From a bacterium (GTDB lineage Bacteria; Patescibacteriota; Patescibacteriia; UBA1558; GWA2-36-10): a DNA stretch of 64,000 nucleotides. This document shows positions 48,431 through 57,767 of this stretch, piece by piece. The notes under the pieces were generated by a model. The model ran no database searches. It had not been told where the DNA came from and saw only the letters and a list, made by a program, of their open reading frames with translations. Location: assembly GCA_018653315.1 (NCBI GenBank), contig JABIAL010000016.1:3433-67432 (forward strand), written 5' to 3'. Position 1 is the first letter of the stretch. The number at the start of each line of letters is the position of its first letter. Made by a program: the position numbers and the translations under genes.

Positions 48431-48493
48431 ATGACTTACCAAAAATACAATAATTCTAATAATAATGATAATAACCGATTGATAGACCGGTAA
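48431..48493 (+). CDS. Asn-rich leader peptide MTYQKYNNSNNNDNNRLIDR (putative attenuator)
   Basis: 20 codons, 7 Asn within codons 7-15; precedes terminator, tRNA-Asn and asnS. Confidence 0.75.
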   Translation: MTYQKYNNSNNNDNNRLIDR

Positions 48494-48547
48494 TTTTTGG
48501 TATTTAATTTAAATTGCTAAGCCGGTCTTAAAATGATCGGTTTTTTT
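48484..48547 (+). terminator. Attenuator: antiterminator/terminator pair
   Basis: AGACCGGT (48484-91) pairs with GCCGGTCT (48521-28), excluding terminator GCCGGTC/GATCGGT plus T7. Confidence 0.7.
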
Positions 48548-48555
48548 GTATTTAT

Positions 48556-48630
48556 TGCCAGGTAGTTCAATGGTAGAACGCTGCACTGTTAATGCAGATG
48601 TTACAGGTTCGAGTCCTGTCCTGGCAGCCA
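48556..48630 (+). tRNA. tRNA-Asn(GTT)
   Basis: Acceptor TGCCAGG/CCTGGCA, anticodon arm CTGCA-CTGTTAA-TGCAG, CCA end. Confidence 0.96.
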
Positions 48631-48655
48631 TCCTTCGACTCCGCTCAGGATGACA
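48627..48655. repeat. REP-like palindrome at the tRNA-Asn 3' end
   Basis: GCCATCCT-TCGAC-TC-CGCTC-AGGATGACA. Confidence 0.8.
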
Positions 48656-48713
48656 AAATTCCTTGTATTTTTCTCTGATTTTAGGTATTATTTAATAAAT
48701 TATTATAAAAATT

Positions 48714-50003
48714 ATGGAACAAGTTTCAATCAAAGATTTGTCACAGTTTGTTGATCAAGAAGTAGAAATTAAAGCTTGGGTATCCAACTTTCGTTCATCT
48801 GGAAAGATTGCCTTTTGGCAATTAAGAGACGGGGCTGGTTTTGCTCAGGCTATTTTAAATTCAACAGATTTAGATGAAGTAAAATGGCAGGAAGCACAAA
48901 AAGTCACTTTAGAGACTTCTGTTAAAATTATTGGTAAAGTTTCTAAACATCCCAAAAAAGAAGAATATGAAATTCAAGTTACAGATTTTGAATTTTATCA
49001 GATAGCAGAGGAGTATCCTATTGCTAAAAAAGACCATGGTGTAGATTTTCTTTTAGATAATAGACATTTATGGTTACGTTCTTCCAAGCAATGGGCAATT
49101 CAAAGAGTACGTAATACTTTGATTTCAGCTACTTATGATTTTTTTAGAGAAAATGATTTTATTAAAATTGATTCTCCAATTTTGACGCCAAATGCTTGTG
49201 AAGGCACAACTGAATTATTTGAGTTAGATTATTTTGATAATACTGCTTATTTATCTCAAAGTGGTCAGCTTTATTTAGAAGCTGCAATTTTTGCTCACAA
49301 GAATGTTTTTGATTTCGGTCCAGTGTTTAGAGCAGAAAAATCTAAGACTCGTCGTCATTTGACTGAGTTTTGGATGATGGATGCAGAAATGGCTTTTATT
49401 GATTTAGCAGAAAACTTGCAAGTGCAAGAAGATTTAGTTCGCTTTATGGTGACGGCTGTTTTAGAGAAGAATAAAGCTGAACTTGAAATTTTAGAAAGAG
49501 ATATTAAACCTTTAGAAAATATTATTAAGCCTTTTTATAAAATAACATACACTGAAGCGGTAAATAAATTACAAGAATTAGGTTCAGATATTAAAGATGG
49601 AGCTGACCTGGGAGCTGATGATGAAACAAAATTAACCCAAGAATATGATAACCCAATTTTTATTACTCATTATCCCGCAGCTATTAAGTCTTTTTATATG
49701 AAAAGAGACGAGCAAGATGAAACAAAGGCTTTGTGTGCCGATTTATTAGCTCCTGAAGGTTATGGAGAGATTAGCGGTGGTTCACAAAGAGAAGATGATT
49801 ATAATGTTTTATTGAAGCGCATTAAAGAACATAAATTATCCGTTGAAGATTTTCAATGGTATTTAGATTTACGTAAATATGGTTCTGTGCCACATGGAGG
49901 ATTTGGCTTTGGTTTAGAGCGTATTGTTACTTGGGTTTGTGGTATTCAACATGTTAGAGAAACCATTCCATTTCCAAGAACAATTTATAGAATTAAACCT
50001 TAG
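48714..50003 (+). CDS. asnS: Asparagine--tRNA ligase
   Basis: RHLWLRS, ACEG..ELF, YLSQSGQLYLE, FRAEKSKTRRHL.EF, PHGGFG.GLER. Confidence 0.96.
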   Translation: MEQVSIKDLSQFVDQEVEIKAWVSNFRSSGKIAFWQLRDGAGFAQAILNSTDLDEVKWQEAQKVTLETSVKIIGKVSKHPKKEEYEIQVTDFEFYQIAEEYPIAKKDHGVDFLLDNRHLWLRSSKQWAIQRVRNTLISATYDFFRENDFIKIDSPILTPNACEGTTELFELDYFDNTAYLSQSGQLYLEAAIFAHKNVFDFGPVFRAEKSKTRRHLTEFWMMDAEMAFIDLAENLQVQEDLVRFMVTAVLEKNKAELEILERDIKPLENIIKPFYKITYTEAVNKLQELGSDIKDGADLGADDETKLTQEYDNPIFITHYPAAIKSFYMKRDEQDETKALCADLLAPEGYGEISGGSQREDDYNVLLKRIKEHKLSVEDFQWYLDLRKYGSVPHGGFGFGLERIVTWVCGIQHVRETIPFPRTIYRIKP

Positions 50004-50027
50004 GATAACTCGCTTCGGCGAGTTGAC

Positions 50028-50112
50028 GCCGAGATAGCTCCTGCCTACGCTACCGTGCTTCGCCATAGCGGCTACGCGACGGCAAGAAGCTTAGGCAAGG
50101 CAGGCAGTTGGC
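50028..50112 (+). pseudogene. tRNA 5' fragment interrupted by a nested palindromic insertion
   Basis: GCCGAGATAGCTC [65-nt insert bounded by CTGCCT...AGGCAG] AGTTGG; no 3' half follows. Confidence 0.55.
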
Positions 50113-50126
50113 GGGGGATAATTTTT

Positions 50127-50203
50127 GCCGATGTAGCTCAGCTGGCTAGAGCAATTCTCTCGTAAAGAATAGGTCACCAGTTCGATTCTGGTCATCGGCT
50201 CCA
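50127..50203 (+). tRNA. tRNA-Thr(CGT)
   Basis: Acceptor GCCGATG/CATCGGC, anticodon arm ATTCT-CTCGTAA-AGAAT, CCA end. Confidence 0.95.
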
Positions 50204-50233
50204 TTAAATTTAGAAGATTTAGAATAAAATATT

Positions 50234-51646
50234 ATGAAAAATTACATTAAAGAAACAGTAGATTTAAAAGCAGGCGCTGAAGTCAATTTAAAAGGCTGGG
50301 TGCATGTTTACCGTCGGATGGGTAAAATGGGTTTTATAGAACTGAGAGATTCTACTGGAATCATCCAGGTTGTTTGTGTGCCAGGTGAAATGACAGTTGG
50401 TGCAGATATTTTGGATGATGTTCGTCCAGAGTTTGTCGTCAGCATCAAAGGCGTGATCCAAGAACGCGGGGCAAAACAACAACGCGAAGATCAATTAACT
50501 GGTAAGATAGAAATTTTAGCTAAAGAATTATCAGTTATTTCTGAATCTGAAACGCCACCATTTGAAATCGTCAATGAAGATAGACAAGCCAATGAAGAGC
50601 TTAGATTGAAACATAGATATTTAGATTTACGTCATGAAAGAATGGCTAATAATATCAAGATGAGACACAAAGTCATTCATTTTTTTAGAAATTATTTGAC
50701 AGATAATGGTTTCACAGAAGTTCAAACTCCTATTTTGTCCAAGTCTACACCAGAGGGCGCTAGAGATTATTTAGTACCATCTCGTTTACATAAAGGTAGT
50801 TTTTTTGCTTTACCACAAGCTCCGCAGCAATACAAGCAGCTTTTGATGATCGCTGGCTTAGAAAAATATTTTCAAGTTGCTCCATGTTTTAGAGATGAAG
50901 ATGCAAGGGCAGATAGAAGTCCGGGTGAGTTTTATCAATTAGATATGGAAATGTCTTTCATGACCCAGGAAGAAATAATGGATTTAACTGAAGACATGTT
51001 TACTACTATGGTAGAAAAATTATTTCCAGAAAAGAAAATAACGCAAAAACCTTGGCCTAGATTAGATTATGATGATGTGATGAAGGAGTATAGTACTGAT
51101 AAGCCTGATTTGAGAAAAGATAAAAATGATCCAAATGAATTAGCCTTTGCTTGGACTATAAATTTTCCATTATTTGTAAAACAAACCGATGAAGATAAAT
51201 TTATCGGTGCTGGAGATACTTGGGGACCATCTCATAATATGTTTACTGCTCCAAAAGAAGAGGATGTAAAATTATTAGATAAAAGTCCTGAAAAAGTAAA
51301 ATCCTATCAACATGATTTAGTTTTAAACGGATTTGAGGTTGGTGGAGGAGCTGTTCGTATTCATGATATCAAATTGCAAGAAAAGATTTGGGATTTAATT
51401 GGTTTCTCAGAAGAGCAAAAAAAACAATTTCAACATTATCTGGAAGCTTTTAAATATGGTGTGCCACCACACGGCGGCATTGCTCCCGGTATAGATAGAT
51501 TGTTAATGGTTTTATTGGCTGAGAAAAATCTTAAAGAAGTAACCGCCTTTCCTTTGACTTCTGATGGACATGATCCTTTGATGGATTCACCAAGTGAAGT
51601 TTCTAAAGAACAGCTAGATGAATTAGGTTTAAGTTTGAAGAAATAA
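50234..51646 (+). CDS. aspS: Aspartate--tRNA ligase (short form)
   Basis: LRLKHRYLDLR, STPEGARDYLVPSR, ALPQAPQQYKQLLM, CFRDED.RADR, PPHGGIA.G.DR. Confidence 0.96.
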   Translation: MKNYIKETVDLKAGAEVNLKGWVHVYRRMGKMGFIELRDSTGIIQVVCVPGEMTVGADILDDVRPEFVVSIKGVIQERGAKQQREDQLTGKIEILAKELSVISESETPPFEIVNEDRQANEELRLKHRYLDLRHERMANNIKMRHKVIHFFRNYLTDNGFTEVQTPILSKSTPEGARDYLVPSRLHKGSFFALPQAPQQYKQLLMIAGLEKYFQVAPCFRDEDARADRSPGEFYQLDMEMSFMTQEEIMDLTEDMFTTMVEKLFPEKKITQKPWPRLDYDDVMKEYSTDKPDLRKDKNDPNELAFAWTINFPLFVKQTDEDKFIGAGDTWGPSHNMFTAPKEEDVKLLDKSPEKVKSYQHDLVLNGFEVGGGAVRIHDIKLQEKIWDLIGFSEEQKKQFQHYLEAFKYGVPPHGGIAPGIDRLLMVLLAEKNLKEVTAFPLTSDGHDPLMDSPSEVSKEQLDELGLSLKK

Positions 51647-51654
51647 AATAAATA

Positions 51655-52371
51655 ATGCATAAAATTTCTTTAGAGCAATTTGAAGGTCCCTTGGATCTTC
51701 TCTTGCAACTAATCGAAAAACAAAAATTACAAATCACCGAAATTTCTTTAGCCAAGATTACTGATCAGTACTTGGACTATATAGATAACAGTGAGGATAT
51801 TGCCAGCGAAGAAGTGGCAGATTTTTTGTTAATTGCCTCCAAGCTTATTTATTTGAAATCAAAACATTTATTACCGAATTTAGAATTAGAAGCTGACGAA
51901 GATGTTCAGAATTTAGAAAAACAATTGAAGATTTATCGTCAGTACTATGATGCTAGTAAATATATTCAGAAAATGTGGAATACAGATAAGAGAACTTTTG
52001 TTCGTATTACGCCCTACAAGTTACCGAAAGAAGAAGGTTTTGCACCACCGACAAACATAGAAACTAATATCATGGCGGAAGTTTTCCAGATTGTTTTGAA
52101 TAGAATTCAGAGAATAGTGAATTTACCAAAAGTAATAATGGCTAAGGCTATTTCTATTGGAGAGAAAATTTTACATATCAAAGATTTGATTAAAAATAGT
52201 TCTAAACTTACATTTACTCAGCTGATCAATGGCAAAAAAGATAAGACAGAAGCTGTAGTTAGTTTTTTAGCAATGTTAGAATTAGTAAAACAAAGAGAAA
52301 TCGAAGTCAGTCAAGATTCACTTTTTGCTGAAGTAAATATTTCTCACAATGGCGACGGAATTAAATTTTAG
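51655..52371 (+). CDS. scpA: Segregation and condensation protein A
   Basis: FEGPLDLLL.LI, FLAMLELVK. Confidence 0.95.
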   Translation: MHKISLEQFEGPLDLLLQLIEKQKLQITEISLAKITDQYLDYIDNSEDIASEEVADFLLIASKLIYLKSKHLLPNLELEADEDVQNLEKQLKIYRQYYDASKYIQKMWNTDKRTFVRITPYKLPKEEGFAPPTNIETNIMAEVFQIVLNRIQRIVNLPKVIMAKAISIGEKILHIKDLIKNSSKLTFTQLINGKKDKTEAVVSFLAMLELVKQREIEVSQDSLFAEVNISHNGDGIKF

Positions 52372-52378
52372 ATAACAT

Positions 52379-52897
52379 ATGTCAGAAAACAAAAAAATAT
52401 GCATAACATTTGCAGGTGCAGTTGGTAGTTCAAAAACACCAATAGCTAATTATTTAAGCACGAAATTATCGTTACCTGTTTTTAATAATGATGCTATACG
52501 TTCTGAAATAATAGAGGATTTAGGTGTTTTTAATGATAATGAACATGCCAAAAGACGTAACGCCAGATTAGGGGAAATTATCAAAAATGGGCATTTTTTT
52601 ATTTGTGATGCAAGTATTGATAGAGAATGGACAGATTTTAAGGAGCAATTAATTTCGCATGGTTATGATTTTTTTATTATTAGCATCGACTTAAGTAAAA
52701 ATTTATTAACAAAATTTTACAAGGCTAAAAAATATCTTGAGTCTTTAGAACGTATTGATGAATTAATTCAAGATCATGATAATTTCTTAAGTCAGTATTC
52801 AGATGATATTAATATACATATTACAGATAAAAATTTCATAAATAGAATGCAAATTGCTTACGATGAAGTTAGTAAATACTTAGAATCAAAAGATTAA
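52379..52897 (+). CDS. P-loop nucleotide kinase-like (AAA_33-like) protein
   Basis: GAVGSSKT P-loop variant, D.IR. Confidence 0.6.
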   Translation: MSENKKICITFAGAVGSSKTPIANYLSTKLSLPVFNNDAIRSEIIEDLGVFNDNEHAKRRNARLGEIIKNGHFFICDASIDREWTDFKEQLISHGYDFFIISIDLSKNLLTKFYKAKKYLESLERIDELIQDHDNFLSQYSDDINIHITDKNFINRMQIAYDEVSKYLESKD

Positions 52898-52934
52898 ATT
52901 TTAAATAAAACATAATCCAATAATCAATAAAATT

Positions 52935-53429
52935 ATGAAAAAAACAATTTTAATTTTAGCGGTCATTATTATTCTAGGCGGTGTCTGGTGGTGGCAACAA
53001 CAATCCCCAGTAACAGAAACACAAGATGAGGTTGCTAAAGCAACAGATAGTTGGTTAACTTACGAGCGCAATGAGGAAAATTTTAGAAATTACCAAATAA
53101 AGTATCCTGATACATGGACATTGGTTAAGAGTGATGAAGTACATTTCGAAATTGAAGATGCTCAAGGGTCTACATTGAGTATCAATGTTCCACCACTTGG
53201 ATTTGGTTTTTTAGCAGAATCCTCAGATGGAATAATAATTGATGGTAATAATGCTAGCATGGTTTATTCGTCTTATGGAAAAAATTCAGGGCACGATGGA
53301 ATAAGTGTACAATTTGAAGATGAGAAATTTAATGATATTCAAATCTATTATGATTTTGATGAAAATGAAGTAGATAAATATACAGCTTTACTAGAAGAAA
53401 TGCTGGCTACTTTTAAATTCGTAGAATAA
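52935..53429 (+). CDS. Exported PsbP-like hypothetical protein
   Basis: N-terminal TM, W.TY, YQIKYP.TW, C-terminal ML.TFKF. Confidence 0.55.
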   Translation: MKKTILILAVIIILGGVWWWQQQSPVTETQDEVAKATDSWLTYERNEENFRNYQIKYPDTWTLVKSDEVHFEIEDAQGSTLSINVPPLGFGFLAESSDGIIIDGNNASMVYSSYGKNSGHDGISVQFEDEKFNDIQIYYDFDENEVDKYTALLEEMLATFKFVE

Positions 53430-53441
53430 TTTTTATAAAAT

Positions 53442-54014
53442 ATGTCAGAAAACAAAAATTTATCAGTTGTAGAAAGTTTATTGCTCGCTGCGGGCAAGCC
53501 TTTGAGTTTCAAAGAAATTGCTAGCGTGGCAGATGTTGATGTGAATAAAGTCTCGGATTTAGCAGAAAGTTTGCAAGAGAAATACAATAAAGATGAAAGT
53601 GGAATTCATGTAACTGTTAATAATAATAAAATTCAGTTTGTAACTAACACTGTTAATACTGATGCTTTGCAATCTTATCTCAAAGATGAAACAACTGGTG
53701 AGTTGAGCAAGCCTTCTTTGGAGACACTGACTATTGTCGCATATCGACAACCAATTTCTAAAGAAGAATTAGAACAAATTCGTGGCGTAAATTGTAGCGT
53801 AATTTTACGTAATTTATTAATCCGCGGTTTAGTAGAAGCTCGAGAGAATAAAGATGATCTAGTGCCCATGTATTCAGTAACAATAGATTTCTTGCGTCAT
53901 TTAGGAATTGATTCAGTAGAACAATTGCCAGATTTTGCCAAATTAAACAGCGATGAAAATTTACAAGCTTTAATAGAAGGAACTAAGTCAGAAGATAAAC
54001 CAGAAGAAGAATGA
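53442..54014 (+). CDS. scpB: Segregation and condensation protein B
   Basis: LS...LETL.IVAYRQP, IRGVN, FL.HLG....LP. Confidence 0.95.
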   Translation: MSENKNLSVVESLLLAAGKPLSFKEIASVADVDVNKVSDLAESLQEKYNKDESGIHVTVNNNKIQFVTNTVNTDALQSYLKDETTGELSKPSLETLTIVAYRQPISKEELEQIRGVNCSVILRNLLIRGLVEARENKDDLVPMYSVTIDFLRHLGIDSVEQLPDFAKLNSDENLQALIEGTKSEDKPEEE

Positions 54015-54688
54015 CTGAACGCTTAGCAAAATTTTTGGCAAATCATGGAATTGCTTCTCGTCGTAAAGCTGAGGAATTAATTTTGGCAGGTCAAATAAAA
54101 GTAAATAACAAAATAATTACTGAAGTTGCTACTAAAGTAAGCGCAGAAGACGAAATAAAATTTGATAACAAAATAGTTGGTGATGTTGAAAAAGTTTATT
54201 ATTTATTAAACAAACCAGTTGACTATATTTGTTCAGTCAGTGATCCATATAATGATCAAAATGTTTTAGCGCTTGTGCCAAAAACTCCAGCAGTTTATCC
54301 AGTTGGGCGACTAGATAAAAACAGCCAAGGTTTATTGTTATTAACTAACGACGGAGATTTAACTTATCAATTAACTCATCCCAAGTTTAAGGTTGCTAAA
54401 AAATATTTAGTACGCGTTGATAAAGTTTTAGATAATAATATAATAAAAAAATTAAAAACCGGCATAAAATTAGAAGAAGGATTAGCAAAAGCTGATCAGG
54501 CAAAAATTAAAAACAAATTTGAATTAGAAATCACTTTACATCAAGGTTGGAAAAGACAAATTCGTCGAATGCTAGCAGAACTTAATCTAAAAGTCATTCA
54601 GCTAACTAGACTAAGTGAAGGTAAATTAAGTATAGAAGATTTGCCTCTAGGAAAATATAAAAAAATTAATAAGTCAGATATTATCTAA
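54011..54688 (+). CDS. rluB: RluB/RsuA-family pseudouridine synthase
   Basis: RLAKFLA..G.ASRR, LNKP, PVGRLD..S.GLLLLTNDG. Confidence 0.85.
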   Translation: MTERLAKFLANHGIASRRKAEELILAGQIKVNNKIITEVATKVSAEDEIKFDNKIVGDVEKVYYLLNKPVDYICSVSDPYNDQNVLALVPKTPAVYPVGRLDKNSQGLLLLTNDGDLTYQLTHPKFKVAKKYLVRVDKVLDNNIIKKLKTGIKLEEGLAKADQAKIKNKFELEITLHQGWKRQIRRMLAELNLKVIQLTRLSEGKLSIEDLPLGKYKKINKSDII

Positions 54689-55605
54689 TGTGGGAGTTAA
54701 TCGCTAAAGTTTTATTTGGTCTCAATTTATTGACCGTGCCTATCCAGCATGTGCCAAGTTTTAATTTGGAAAATATTGACGATAATTTAAACATTTCAGT
54801 AACGCAACAAAAATTTGAAGGAGAACAAGTTTTACCTCACAAAATAAACCCAGATTCTTTGGGAGTAAAAATTACCTCTCAATATTCTGCAATCATGGAC
54901 AAAGATAGCGGGGCTATTTTATGGCAACATAATGCTGATGAAGTTCGTTCTTTAGCTAGTATTACTAAGTTAATGACTGCCTTGGTTTTTTTGGATCATA
55001 ATCCTGGTTGGCAAACAATCATGACTATGGAGCAAAAAGATGAGATCAATGGCGGTGTGCCACATATAAAAAGAGACGAAAGAGCAAAAGTTAGAGATTT
55101 GTTTTATACTACTTTAATTGCTTCAGATAATACAGCAGCTCGTGCTTTGGTACGTAGTACAGGGATGGATAATGAGCAATTTGTTAAAAAAATGAATGAT
55201 AAAGCTACAGCCTTGGGTCTAAGTAGCACATATTTTGTAGATGTAACAGGTTTAAGCGTAGATAATAAATCGACAGCTTTAGATGTATTAAAGTTAGCTA
55301 AAGAAGCTTTGTCGCAAGAAGATATAAAAGCAGTGACCAGTAAACGAGTGTATAGTTTTACAACGGTTAGTGGACAGGCTCATCGTATTTTTTCAACTAA
55401 TAAATTATTGGACAGCTATCTTGATGTAGTGGCTGGTAAAACAGGTTTTATTACAGCATCAGGATATTGTTTGGTTGCAGAGATTACTGGTGCAGATGGA
55501 CATAATGTCATTGGGGTAGTTTTAGGCTCAGCTACACATGATGATCGTTTTCAAGATTTAAAAATTTTATCAGCTTGGGTGCTAGATAATTTTAGCTGGT
55601 CTTAA
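54688..55605 (+). CDS. D-alanyl-D-alanine carboxy/endopeptidase (peptidase S11)
   Basis: ASITKLMT (SxxK), SDN, GKTGF. Confidence 0.9.
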   Translation: MWELIAKVLFGLNLLTVPIQHVPSFNLENIDDNLNISVTQQKFEGEQVLPHKINPDSLGVKITSQYSAIMDKDSGAILWQHNADEVRSLASITKLMTALVFLDHNPGWQTIMTMEQKDEINGGVPHIKRDERAKVRDLFYTTLIASDNTAARALVRSTGMDNEQFVKKMNDKATALGLSSTYFVDVTGLSVDNKSTALDVLKLAKEALSQEDIKAVTSKRVYSFTTVSGQAHRIFSTNKLLDSYLDVVAGKTGFITASGYCLVAEITGADGHNVIGVVLGSATHDDRFQDLKILSAWVLDNFSWS

Positions 55606-55635
55606 AAGCCTTTTTGTTTTATAATAAATGGTATT

Positions 55636-56118
55636 ATGGATGCATTTTTAAATTTACCACCACAAATAGTTACTTTAATTTTGGCTATGTTGCCGGTGAC
55701 TGAGTTACGTCTTTCTATACCATTTGCTTTAGAGATATTACATTTACCAGTATGGGAGGCTTTTTTTTGGTCTATTATTGGTGATATGGTTTCAGCGGTT
55801 ATCATTGTTTATACCATGCAACCTATTACCAGATGGTTGCGGCGACATTGGCCATGGGCAGATCGAATGCTTGCGCGTGTTTTTATAAAAACTCGTGGTA
55901 GATTTGATAGTAGGTATTCTAAATTAGGTAAAGTGGCTTTGATAGTTTTTGTAGCTATTCCTTTGCCTGGTACTGGAGCCTGGTCTGGTTCAATGGCTGC
56001 TTGGTTATTTGGTATAGAAAAGAAAGAATCAATTGTTTATATATTTTTAGGGGTTATTTTATCTGGTATTTTAGTGACTCTTATTTCTTTAGGCTTTGTT
56101 CAATTGTTTAATTTATAA
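55636..56118 (+). CDS. Small multidrug export-type membrane protein (COG2426-like)
   Basis: LPVTELR.SIP, FVAIPLPGTGAWSG. Confidence 0.88.
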   Translation: MDAFLNLPPQIVTLILAMLPVTELRLSIPFALEILHLPVWEAFFWSIIGDMVSAVIIVYTMQPITRWLRRHWPWADRMLARVFIKTRGRFDSRYSKLGKVALIVFVAIPLPGTGAWSGSMAAWLFGIEKKESIVYIFLGVILSGILVTLISLGFVQLFNL

Positions 56119-56123
56119 AAGCT

Positions 56124-56885
56124 ATGTCAAAAAAATTTCTTATTGCTAATTGGAAAATGAAGCTTAACGCCGAAGAATCTATTCAGTTAGCCAAGGATTT
56201 AAAAACTGAAATTAGTAAAGCTAAATTTGGTGCAGACAAAGAAATTGCTGTTGCTCCAGATTTTTTAAGCTGGCAGGCAGTAGCAAAAATATTAAAAAGT
56301 AGTAAAGTTAACATGGCTTGTCAGAATGCTTGGTATGAAGACAAAGGATCTTTTACTGGTGAGATTTCTTTGGCAATGTTAAAAGATTTAGGATGCCAGT
56401 ATGCTATTTTAGGTCATTCAGAAAGAAGAGCATTTTCTGGAGAAACAGATGAGTTGGTAAATAAAAAAGTAGCCACTGCTTTAAAACATGATATGACTCC
56501 AGTTGTTTGTGTTGGTGAGACATTTGAGCAACGTAAAGAAGGCAGAAAAGATGTGGTTATCATGAGGCAAGTACAAGAAGCCTTGCGAGAGATAGATATA
56601 AAACCAGAACAGACTTTGATTGTAGCTTATGAGCCGGTTTGGGCAATCGGTTCTGGTCAAGCAATGAATCCAGCTGAAGCAGAGCATACGGCTATGATTA
56701 TAAAACAAAGTTTAATCGATGTATTAGAGCATCAGGATTTACCTTTAGTAAAAATTGTTTATGGTGGTTCAGTTGACTCCAAAAACGTAGCTTCGTTTAC
56801 TAATATTGATGTTATTGACGGAGCTTTAATTGGCGGGGCAAGTTTAGATGCTAAAGAGTTTATTAATCTAATTAAAAAAGCTTAA
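56124..56885 (+). CDS. tpiA: Triosephosphate isomerase
   Basis: ANWKM, GHSERR, AYEPVWAIG, YGGSV, GGASL. Confidence 0.98.
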   Translation: MSKKFLIANWKMKLNAEESIQLAKDLKTEISKAKFGADKEIAVAPDFLSWQAVAKILKSSKVNMACQNAWYEDKGSFTGEISLAMLKDLGCQYAILGHSERRAFSGETDELVNKKVATALKHDMTPVVCVGETFEQRKEGRKDVVIMRQVQEALREIDIKPEQTLIVAYEPVWAIGSGQAMNPAEAEHTAMIIKQSLIDVLEHQDLPLVKIVYGGSVDSKNVASFTNIDVIDGALIGGASLDAKEFINLIKKA

Positions 56886-56889
56886 AAAT

Positions 56890-57759
56890 ATGATTGTACC
56901 AATTAGTAAAATTCTCACCAAAGCCAAACGACAGGGTTATGCTGTTGGCGCTTTTAATACTTCTAATTTAGAAATTACCTTAGCCATTGTCAGAGCAGCG
57001 GTAGCTCAAAAGTCGCCAGTTATTATTCAGACTTCACAGTCAGCTATTAAGTACTCTAATATTGAGACCTTATTTGGCATCATGACTAATTTGGCTAATA
57101 CTGTTGGCAAGAAAGTGCCAATCGCTATTCATTTGGATCACGGAAAAGATTTTTCTATTATCAAGGATTGTATTAGAGTAGGATATAATTCTGTTCATAT
57201 TGATGCTAGTTTAGAAAAATTTGCTACCAATGTTCGTTTGAGTAAGCAGATAATTAAATTAGCTCATCGTAAAAAATTGTGGGTACAGGCAGAATTGGGG
57301 GCTATTTTAGGCAAGGAAGGCTTAGTAAAATTAAAAACCGGTGAGATAAACATGGAGGAAATGATGACTGATCCAGTTGAAGCAGCTGATTTTGTGGCTC
57401 AAACTAAAGTTGACACCTTAGCCATCGCTGTCGGCACTATTCATGGACATTTTAAAGGCATTGAAAAAGTTGATCAAGTACGCTTGAAAAAAATTGCTAA
57501 TTTAGTTAAAGTACCTCTTATACTGCATGGTGGTAGTGGTTTATCTGCTCCAGTCTTTAAAAAGGCTATAAAAAATGGTGTTTCTGCTATTAATATTGAT
57601 ACTAACTTAAGGATAGCCTTTAGAAATGCCTTAAAAAAGAATATTAATACCAAGACTGATATGATTGATCCGCGTAAGATTTTGGCTCCATCTACAGATG
57701 CTATGCAGGCAGAAGTAGAAAAAACAATCAAGATTTTTGGCAGTAATAATAAAGCTTAA
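56890..57759 (+). CDS. fba: Class II fructose-bisphosphate aldolase
   Basis: YAVGAFN, HLDHG, AVGTIHG, LHGGSG, INIDT. Confidence 0.93.
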   Translation: MIVPISKILTKAKRQGYAVGAFNTSNLEITLAIVRAAVAQKSPVIIQTSQSAIKYSNIETLFGIMTNLANTVGKKVPIAIHLDHGKDFSIIKDCIRVGYNSVHIDASLEKFATNVRLSKQIIKLAHRKKLWVQAELGAILGKEGLVKLKTGEINMEEMMTDPVEAADFVAQTKVDTLAIAVGTIHGHFKGIEKVDQVRLKKIANLVKVPLILHGGSGLSAPVFKKAIKNGVSAINIDTNLRIAFRNALKKNINTKTDMIDPRKILAPSTDAMQAEVEKTIKIFGSNNKA

Positions 57760-57767
57760 GATTATTT

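Noticed and set aside
48448-48482. Ile-rich leader in the alternative frame, or a T-box
   Set aside because: The Ile frame is closed by TGA at 48432 and yields only MIITD; no T-box motif is visible; downstream genes are Asn-specific.
50028-50203. Intron-containing or split tRNA
   Set aside because: No anticodon or T-arm half follows the interrupted fragment; the downstream tRNA-Thr is complete on its own.
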